DNA of 64,000 nucleotides from Octopus vulgaris (lineage: Eukaryota): assembly GCA_951406725.2 (NCBI GenBank), contig OX597833.1, forward strand, positions 40,548,001-40,612,000, read 5' to 3'. The translations under genes were made by a program, and so were the position numbers. Positions 42,185 through 53,400 of the stretch are shown here, one piece after another; the stretch's first letter is position 1; each line of letters begins with the position of its first letter. A model generated the notes under the pieces. The model saw only the letters and a list, made by a program, of their open reading frames with translations. It was not told the origin of the DNA and did not search any database.

Positions 42185-44491
42185 CATACACTTCCATTTA
42201 TATATGATGGGCTTCAATCAGTTTCTGTTGACCAAATCCACTCATAAGGTTTTGGTCAGCCCAAGGCTATAGTAGAAGACACTTGCCTAGGGTGCCATGT
42301 AATGGGACAGGACCCAAAATATGGTAGATGAGAAGTGAATTTCTTACCACACAGTATGCCTGTACCTGTATATATATATATATGATGGGCTTCTATCAGT
42401 CTCTGTCTACCAAATACACTTCACAAGAGTTTAATAAGCTCAAGGCTATAGAAGATGTCACACTGTGGGGCTGAGCCTGAAACCATGTGGTTGAAAGGCA
42501 AATTTCTTAGCCACTCAGTCATGCATGTATCTATAACTGCATGTGTTTGCTTATGCTCAGGCTGATGAAAATAATTATTTATCTTTATTAGGAAAAAAAT
42601 TTTAATGTTTCTAATTTAAAAAATTTTTTGATTTCATTTTAGAATTAAAATTTTTTCATATTAAAGGATTTAGACATTTTCTAACAAAAATATTCATGTA
42701 TTACTTTCTTTTCCCACAAAATAGGAAAATGAAATGATAGAAGGTTAAAAACTTTTCTGTTAATATAAACCTAACTCGCCTATACATTAGACATTATAAG
42801 CAGCAATGTGAGATAGAAGAATATAACACATCCCCTAACAGGACAGAAATAACAAATTTTGTGTGAATCTTTTCTCTCAAATTGTTGTTCTAATGTCTAA
42901 TGCTATTAGAATCTTAGCAGTACATTTATAATCAAACTTACCTTGTTCCATTCTCTTCTGGATCTCTAAATAACTTCTAACTGGAACCTTCTGTAAATCT
43001 TCAACATAAAACATACCCAATTTTGGATGCTGTCTAACTTGTAGGCCACCTTTAGGACAATCCCTTTTCAACAGATCTCGCACCTGTTCATTGTATATCT
43101 CCATCATTGAGAAAGACACTTCGTACCTCTAAACAAAGAGTTGAGATCATGTAGTTGAGAATGAAAGATGGACAGAAAAATAAGAAAGAGAATGCATAAT
43201 TAGAACAAGAGATTGCAGCTATTAAATTGATAACCAGAAAATGATAGAATTTATTGATGAACAGTTGCTGGATTTTTTTTTTGTCACTTGACACTTAATT
43301 TTCAATGACATAGATCACTTATCTATAAGAAAGTATCAGATGATGTAAGCATCAGAGTAGACCTAGGAAAAATAGTGGCTAAGATGTGGTTCCACACACC
43401 TCAAAACTCTGGAACTTCCAAATCAGGGCCCTGCTACCAGATGCAGTTTATGGTCATACCCAACACTTTAAAAAACCTCAAAATACCTGAAAGAAGGTAA
43501 AACAGTTTATCTACATATATTGCAGCTATTCATTGTATTTCGGAGAATATTGTGATTGAATTTCCATCAGTAAATCAGTAGAGTATTTTTCATTTATTCT
43601 AAAGCAAAACACCGTAGAGAGGGATGCAACCCTAGTTAATGAGGAATTGGTCATGGCTGAAAACCTGCCACCATATTCCAAAGATTTTCTATTCTGATCT
43701 CTCGTTTAATTTAATACCATTAAATGGTTTTATACTCACCAAATCTTTGTCTTCATTGCTTGAAATAGTTTTGAATAATTCATCACAGGCTGTTGGGACA
43801 ATTCCTCTATAGTTTATATAAAAATATAAATTGAATTAACAGATTTATACACACCCAGAGCTTACTGGTAAGAAGTAGCACGCACGCACGCACACACGCA
43901 CGCACGCACGCACACACGCACGCACGCACGCACACACGCACAAAGAAAACTGCTTTCAAGGCTTCACAAAGTGTAGCTCAAAATTACATCTTCTGAAATA
44001 TATCTTCCACAAATGAAAAAGCATCAAGGGAAAAGAACAGTAGTACATATTCAAGAAGCAAATATAGGAATTGGACAAATAAACTAAGTAACTGGCAAGA
44101 TTAAATATACAAGCTATCTAATGTGAATGAGAAATAAAACATCAAATGTTTAGAATGAGGAAGATGGGAGAAGAGAGAACAATGTGCAAAGTGAAGAGGC
44201 AGTAAGTTGTAGGCTTGATTTTGTACAGAAATATCTCAGCCTTTCTAAACACTACTCTTGTGTCAATGGCTGTGTTTATGTTCATACAATCAAGCAAACA
44301 GTGTTGACTCAAATAGCATCACTTAGCCTTTTGATAAATAGAGATTGATACAATGAATGTTAGAGTGAAATAATTATGGGGAGCTGATATGATTTACTAA
44401 CACTCTTGAATGCAGTGACCCAGCATGGGAATATCCAAAAGACGGAAACCAGTGAAGAAATAAAAAGATATATGATAGAGAGAGAGAGAGA

Positions 44492-44523
<32 letters not shown>

Positions 44524-45108
44524 AAGCAGGGAGAGGGTATTTATACATACAAGGCACAGGTGGGGCTGTAGGGTAAGAAGTTTGCTTCCCAACCACATGG
44601 GTCTGGTTTCAGTTCTACTGGATGACACCCTGGGCAAGTGTCCTCTATTATAGCCTCAGGCCAACCAAAGCCTTGTGAGTGAATTTGGTAGACAGAAACT
44701 GAAAGAAGCCTGTTGTATATGTTTGAAGGATTATTTACCTAAATTCAGTGGAATACATTCACTGGTTTTCAAAAATAGAAATATCATTATTTCTAATTCT
44801 CTCTAAAAGAGACTACAGCAGTGGTACTGGATGTTAATAGTTATCACCAAGCTAACATGGCAAACAGTTGGTCAGCAGCAATGCCTGCTGGGTTTGTCTA
44901 CTCCACATTGATAAGAGGCAACCACCTCGAAACTAGTCTGTGGTAGCCAGACCAGCAAGGGGAAGCTGCTGACCTCCCCTGTTTACGATTATAATGGACA
45001 CAGGTTTGTGTGTCACATAGCTAGCTAGAGGCAATGGCTTCTTGGAGCTAATCAATGGCAGCATTCGTCCTATTTTTCTGGACTGTCATGTTAGCTTGGC
45101 AATAACTA

Positions 45109-45150
<42 letters not shown>

Positions 45151-48100
45151 CACTGAATCAATCAGACTATTAGAAGTGGTTAAACATTACTGGTCACAAT
45201 GTGTTTTCCTGCATTGTTGTAGCCTTCAAATGATACCACTAAACTGGTTAGGTGGGCAAGCCAACATCCTCTCTGAATGGGATGCCAGTCCATCACTAGA
45301 TATGTGTACAGAATAAAACGATCTTGGATCTGGTATTGACCAATCACTCTAGCTACGTTCACAGTATTTCAGTCGAAAAAACTCTCCTCTCAGACCACGA
45401 CATGGTACTCTGCAATTTTAATTCCCGACATATAAAAACCAAACCAGCCAATCCCACTCCATGGCACCCATTTGACAACATAAACTTCCACAAAGCGGAC
45501 TGGGGAGCAATCAGAAAGGATCTGTCTTCCATCGACTGGTCTTTTACTCTCAATTCCTCTCATATTGAGACCGCGTGGCAGCACTTTGAAAACATTGTCA
45601 CCTATACATGCTCTAAACACGCTCCCACGAAATCTACTAACACAAACAGAAACCGGCTCCCTAAAAAGAAAAAAACACTCATCAGGCACATCAAAAGACT
45701 CAACAAAAAAATCAACCAATTAAAATATTCCCAAACACAACATCCACATTCAACAACAATGAAAAGACTAGAGCTGGAAAAACTTCATCTGCAGACCAAC
45801 ATGAAAACCTCCATTGAAAATCAAAGAGCTGTGGAGGAACAGTGGGTAAACAAAAACATCAAACAGAACCCAAAAGTGTTCTATTCTTATGCAAATAAGC
45901 ATAGAACCACTGTCTCACCCATTGGGCCATTGATTGATGATAACGGCATTCCCCAATACGATGCTAAAGAAATGGCAGAAATACTGCAGAAACAATACTG
46001 CTCTGTCTTTAGTGTTCCCACTGATATTGACGTAAGAGAAACGAACGAAGTTGACTCTCAACATATCTCAGACATAACCTTCACTGCCACTGACATCGTA
46101 GCAGCAATAAATGAGGTCAAATACTACTTTGCTGTAGGCCCTGATAGATTCCCTGCTAGTCTCCTGAAAGAATGTAGACACCAACTTGCAGTCCCTCTGA
46201 CCAACCTCTGGAGAAATTCGTTAGACGCAGATTATATACTGAAACAGTTTCTATCCCAGTCAGTCATCCCGGTTTTCAAACAGGGAAACAGATCCCTTGC
46301 AGTCAACTATCGCCCAATCTCACTCACCTCCCACATCATTAAAGTGTTTGAAAGAGTGTTAAGATCAAGGATAGCTGACTTCCTGGAGACCCACAAACTC
46401 CTAAATGCAAATCAGCATGGCTTTCGCTGTGGCAGGGACTGTCTAACACAGCTCTTACACCACATTGAAGATGTACTCAAAGCCTTGGGAACAGGTTCGA
46501 ACTCTGACGTCATATATTTTGACTTCAGTAAAGCGTTCGACAGGGTAGACCATAATATCCTACTCTCAAAATTGGCAAATGTTGGAATCCATGGAAAAGT
46601 TCTACACTGGATTAAGTATTTCCTGGCGAATAGAACACAACATGTTGTAGTTGATGGAGTCCACTCAAGCCCAGCAAAAGTCACCAGTGGTGTTCCCCAG
46701 GGGACTGTTTTGGGTCCACTACTCTTCATAATTTACATAAACGACCTTTCCAGTGTCGTACATTACTGCAAAGTGAAAATATTTGCTGATGACACTAAGC
46801 TCCAGCAAATCGTCAATGAAGAAGCAGACCGAACTCAACTCCAGTCTGATCTATATGCTGTGAGTCAATGGGCAGACAGAAACAAAATGCAACTGAATGA
46901 GGGAAAATTTGAGCTGATGCATTTTGGAAGAAATTCCTCACTAAAACAACCATACTCTCTTCCTTCAGGGGAACAGCTCACAGCCTCTAACAATATCAGA
47001 GACCTGGGTGTAATTGTTGATGACGATCTCAGTTGGAGTGCACACATCAACAAGAAGGTCGATATAGCTCGTAGGATGAGTTCCTGGATCTTAAGAACTT
47101 TCCGGTCCAGAGAACAAAGTGTCATCATACCACTTTTCTCCTCCTTTGTACGGCCACACCTTGAATACTGCTGCCCACTGTGGTCTCCCCATACAAGACA
47201 AAACATCTCCAGGATTGAGTCACCCCAGAGGGCACTCACTAAACGAATTGAAGGCATGGCTGCTCTCGATTATTGGGATCGCCTTAAAGCCTTGAAACTT
47301 TACTCCCTCCAGCGTCGCCGTGAGCAGTACATCATTTGTACGATGTGGAGAATATACCGCCAACTTTGCCCAAACGACCTTAACATTAGCTTCAAGGTTC
47401 ATCCAAGACTGGGACCACGGGCCATACGTCCCCTGCCCAATTCAAGATCACAACATACATGTACACTGCAACATAATTTCTTTTCCTCAACAGGCCCTGC
47501 CCTATTTAACATTGTCCCGAGGGAGATCAAAGAGGAAAAGGATCCCATCAACTTTAAACGGAGTCTGGATAGATTCCTTCAAAGAATACCAGATAAGCCA
47601 CCCATAATTGGATACAACTCACCCAACAAGAACTCACTACTTGAACAAAACTTGACTTAAACAGGATTCAAATAATCCTATCAGGTGGTGCTATTAAGTT
47701 AGACATGGCCTGGACCAATCTTTGGTCGAAACATATCTAAGTTATCTAAGTTTTATATATATATATATATATACACACATACACACATACACACACACAC
47801 ACATACATACATACATACACACAAACGAATGGAAAATTATATATTTTTGATCAGCTTACGCACGTTTCAGATACCCTGGTTTTCATAATTCTATGAATAG
47901 TAATCATGCATATCAATCAATCAATATTTGATCAGCTTAGATTCTATAGAGTTTGAGAAACTTAACACCAACATATCCTTATCAAAGCTTCACCACACTG
48001 CTTGGAATAGAAAACAATTTAAGAGAGATAGATAGTTTTAGAATTATTAATAAGGATTATCCTACTATACTACCAATGAACTATGCCTTGGTGTCCTTAT

Positions 48101-49237
48101 TTTTACTGATATGGTGATCTCTATCATTATTCATCAATTCCATTACTTTTGTATACTTATCATTTAACACCCCATTAGGAATATAATTTTTTTCTCCTTA
48201 TAACTAGCTTCAACCAATGCTAAGTTGTAGTATTTCTCATGTAGTTTAAATAATTTTTCATTAGCAGAATTTTTAGAGATTCTAAAGGAGACTCTCCTAA
48301 TAATAGAATTTATAACTGTTTTTGGATGATTGGATTTTTGATTCACATATTTGAGGCTTTCATTTGGTTTGTGGTACAGATGATATAGCCTGTACTGAGA
48401 TCCAAAATAACATCCAGTAAATTAACTTTACTATACTCATTCTCCATGGAGATAAATAGGCCTAAGCCCTTAATCATTTTAAATCATTTTTTCTCTTGTA
48501 TAATCCCCATCTCCCAGCTCACGGATTTCTCTATTTGAACATCATAATATATACAAAGTCAGTTACCTGAGCAGAGACACTGGACCCCATTGTTATATCA
48601 AAACTGTTTGGTCTGTACCTTCTGGTCTAACATTTACTCCAAAATTCTATGATAGTTTCCCTAATGGCTAAAATAATGTTTACCTCTTGTGTAGATTCAT
48701 TGGAGTTCCTCATAGCAAAGATGAGTGCCTCATTTAGTAAAATTGGGTTAATATTGGAATAACTGGATAGATTACAAGAGGTAAACATTATTTTAGCAGC
48801 TAAGAAAGCTATAACAGAATATGAGTAAATATTGGACCAGAATCTATAAGTCAGAAAGAAACAAGCACTGGTTACTAGGATTAGGTTTTCTTCTAACTCT
48901 CATGTGTGAAACCTATTTTCTGAATCAGTTTAAATGGATCAATAATACTGTATTGTGTAAGTATTTATTTAGTTATTGCTAAGAGCAGTCTGTGTTCTTG
49001 GTATAATCTGACTTTTTATATGCCCAACTCCACTTAAGTGGCAAGTTTATATAAACTCTGCAGAGTGCACAGTGTATAGAATACCCTACCACCACCACCA
49101 AAACCGCCACCACCACCACCACCAATAACACCACCACCACCAATACCACCACCACCATCACCACCACCAATACCACCACCACCACCACCACCACCACCAC
49201 CACCACCACCACCACCACCACCACCACCACCACCACC

Positions 49238-49289
<52 letters not shown>

Positions 49290-49367
49290 TTACTACTACT
49301 ACTACTGTTGCTGCTGTGGTTACTGCTACCACCACCATCATTGCCACCACTGCTGCTGCTGCTGCAG

Positions 49368-49425
<58 letters not shown>

Positions 49426-50427
49426 CAACACCACTACCACTACTACTACTGTTGCTGCTGTGCTCATTGTCACCACCACCACCCCAACTACTTTTCCTTC
49501 TTTATTATTTTCTTTTAACCATATGCCATGTATTTAGACACACGGCATTAAGAGGCATAAGAATAGTATATTGAATTGAATACTAACTAGGTGGGAAGAA
49601 ATTTGAACAACACTGGCCTGGAATAACAACATGAGTAAATCCAAAGACAAATCTTCCGTAGTCCTGATAATAAAAATATTAATTATAAACAATGATAATG
49701 AAACAAATTTTTAAATGCTCCTCACTTGTTTGGGCCATATCCAATCATGGAGTAAGATTTTCCTGATCCAGTTTGTCCATATGCAAATAGGGAACAGTTG
49801 TAACCTGTGGAGTTAGAGCAGAGTTTAGTTTTGAGAAACAATAAATAACAAAAAAGCACAAATATATATATATATATATGTCTGCTGTACTCAAGAAGAC
49901 CTGTACTCTGCAGTAGAAGTGCTAAGACTGCTCCCTCTGGTGGTGAAAAGCACTCATGGCGGTCTGACATAAAAGCACCCATGCTGTGCCACATAAAACT
50001 GTCCATGTGGTGTTACATAAAAGCACCCGTATGGTGCCAAGTTAATGAGCCTCTGTGGTGTTGCGTAAAAGCACCTGTGCAGTGACATGTTAAAGTGTCA
50101 GTGCAGTGCCACAGAGAAGCACCCGTGTGTGGCCGTGTAAAAGCACCCATACAGTGCTATGTAAAAGCACCCAAGCAGTGCCATGTAAAAAGCACCTGTG
50201 CAAATCCATGTAAAAGTGCCATGTAGGACACCACATAAAAGCACTCATACAGTGTCATGTAAAAGCACCCGGCACACTCTATAAAATGGTTGGCACTAGG
50301 AAGGGTATCCAGCCATAGAAACCATGCCAAATCAGACTGGAGTCTTGTGCAGCTCTCCCCCGCTTGTCAGCTCTGGTCAAATCATCCAACCCATGCCAGC
50401 ATGGACAATGGATGTTTATGATGATGG

Positions 50428-50467
<40 letters not shown>

Positions 50468-53400
50468 AATGATATGAGATGCATTCTAGAAATTTTTAGA
50501 CTTTTCTTAAGAGGGGCAGCAGTTACAACTGTCCTAGATTATTGTAATTTAAGTATATTAGTTTACATCTAATAAGCTGACCTTTTGTTACTCCAGATTG
50601 AAGGAGATGGTTGTAACAGCACTTTGAACCTACCCTAATACCCTAATAAACATTACTTGTCACAGCTGACTAGTTTGCAGAATGCAGTTGAGATGCTAAG
50701 ACAATTTGGAAGCTCAATTATGTAATAAAGTTTTGTGTTAACAGGGGGAAAAATGCATCAGAAACCTATGAATTGCTCCAGACGCTACAATTGTTTGAAA
50801 ACTGTTTCAGACTATTTTATAATCGCTAAGGTTGATGGTATGTCTAATGTTCAGATAGTACAGCACTACTGACTGTCTTGGTACTGAGTTATGTGTAGTC
50901 AAATTGGTGCTGATCAGTTTGACAATGCAATCCAACCACATTTTTTTTTTCATTATTGGATTGACCCAACGGCAGTGAGCTGTTAGAGTTGTTAGGGCAT
51001 TGGATAAAATGCTTAGTGGTATATTTTCGAGAGCTTATTACATTCTGAGTACAAATAGTACCAAGTTCAACTTTGTCTTTCTTATTTTAGTCTTTCTTAT
51101 TTTAGTACAAATAGTACCAAGTTCAGCTTTGTCTTTCTTATTTTAGTATAAATAGTACAAAGTTCAACTTTGTCTTCCTTATTTTAGTCTTTCTTATTTT
51201 AGTACAAATAGTACCAAGTTCAACTTTGTCTTTCTTATTTTAGTCTTTCTTATTTTAGTACAAATAGTACCAAGTTCAACTTTGTCTTTCTTATTTTAGC
51301 CTTTCTTATTTTAGTACAAATAGTACCAAGTTCAACTTTGTCTTCCTTATTTTAGTACAAATAGTACCAAGTTCAACTTTGCCTTTCTTATTTTAGCCTT
51401 TCTTATTTTAGTACAAATAGTACCAAGTTCAACTTTGTCTTTCTTATTTTAGGGGTCGATAAAATAAGTACCCCAGTGATCAGCAAAAGTTAAATAAGTA
51501 AAAGTAGGTGGATCATCTGTTGGTTTGATCATGATTGTTCGAGCTGATCAATTAATTATCTATTTATTTTATTACTGTGTAAGCGACAGAGTATTACATA
51601 GATATATGTTCCATTAATGTAATCCTTAGAGAGTATACTGAGGTTGATGGAATCAACGTGACTCCTACTCTAAAATTGTTAGCCTTGTGATAAAATTAGA
51701 AAGAATTATTGATTTGATCTATAAAAAAGGGGCTGGACCTATGTCTTTGGAAGCCTCTTGAGATTAATGAGATTGAAGCTGTTAATATTCCTCACAAACA
51801 GTTACAAATCAATAGCAGTAGAAAAATCATGTGCAAGGAGGGAATTCCTGTCAGCTCATGTTCAGGGAAGGAAGAGATTGATTAACCTTTTCGTTACCAG
51901 TGGCACGTAAAAAGCACCAACCGATCATGGCCATTACCAGTCTCCCCTGGCACGTAAAAAGCACTCACTACACTTATGGAGTGGTTGGCGTTAGGAAGGG
52001 CATCCAGCTGTAGAAACACTGCCAGATCTGACTGGAGCCTGGTGCGGCCTCCTGGCTTCCCAGACCCCGGTCAAACCATCCAACCCATGCTAGCATGGAA
52101 AATGGATGTTAAACGGTGATGATGATGATGATGATGATATATATATATATGGACATTTAGGAAAATGCTTTAGAAAATGCTTTAGAAAGGTATTGGGTTT
52201 AACCCTTTTGCTACCAACCCAGCTGAAACTGGCTCTGGCTCTGAGTACAAATGTCTTGTTTTCATAAGTTTTGAATTAAAATCTTCCACCAAATCTTAGT
52301 CCCAATTTATGTTCCTAACACTAGCTGAGTGATAACTAAGTTATTTTACTAAATTCTTTGTTATATTCAAAGTAATTGAAAGAAAAACAAAGCATCTCAA
52401 GATAAATACAGTAATGAAAGGGTTAAATAAACTGGGTGGTATAGAGTTTAAGGACAATAGTGAACACAGTATGAGGGATAAGAAAAGAGAGTTAAATGAG
52501 TTGGAAGTGCTTGAGTGGAGGTGGTGCAAAAGTCGCCAAATCCAAAGATCAAAGGCCATAAAAAGATACTACAGAGTAGCTAACTTCAAATAGGTACACC
52601 ATGGTATGACAATTTCCTTGATGTCAGCAAGAAACAAAGAGTTCAGTGCATTCATTATTACAGCTACAAAAAATTGTATCTGTTTTTGTGAGCATATGAA
52701 GCAGGTGTGTAATTTCAGATGAAGACTCTAGTTGGAGTCGAATCTAGTCAAATTAATAATTCGTTTTCTGTCCACAAAGAGATAAAAAGACATTTATTTA
52801 CATTTATTCAACTGTATTGTGGAGGCGCAATGGCCCAATGGTTAAGGCAGTGGATTCGCAGTCGTAGGATCATGGTTTTGATTCCCAGACTGGGCATTGT
52901 GAGTGTTTATTGAGCAAAAACACCTAAAAGCTCCACGAGGCTCCAGCAGGGGGTGGTGGTGAACCCTGCTGTACTCTTTCACCACAACTTTCTCTCACTC
53001 TTTCTTCCTGTTTCTGTCGTACCTGTATTTCAAAGGGCCAGCCTTGTCACACTCTGTGTCATGCTGAATCTCCCCGAGAACTATATTAAGGGTACACGTG
53101 TCTGTGGAGTGCTCAGTCACTTGCATGTTAATAAATGAGTTGCGACGTCACTGGTGTCAAGCTGTATTGGCCTTTGCCTTTCCCTTGGATAACATCGGTG
53201 GTGTGGAGAGGGGAGGCTGGTATGCATGGGTGACTGCTGGTCTTCCACGAACAACCTTGCCCAAACTTGTGCCTTAGAGGACGACTTTCTAGGTGCAATC
53301 CTATGGTCCTTCATGACCGAAGGGAGTCACAACAACACAACAACTCAGCTGTATTAGATTATAACTCTTTAAATAGGTACTGCAGAGTAAAAACACTCAT

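Noticed and set aside
45359-47607. Antisense and alternate-frame ORFs over the LINEs (also 55721-57882)
   Set aside because: Shadow frames of RT-coding sequence.
48979-49574. Poly-Val, poly-Thr and poly-Leu ORFs
   Set aside because: Stop-free readings of trinucleotide repeats, with no splice or domain evidence.
49945-50272. CRISPR-like periodic array
   Set aside because: 24-bp degenerate tandem units without unique spacers, no cas genes, eukaryotic context; part of a retroposon.
52820-52895. tRNA gene
   Set aside because: tRNA-like SINE head that continues into the SINE body; acceptor stem and cloverleaf incomplete. The same applies at 7538, 11580 and 58202.
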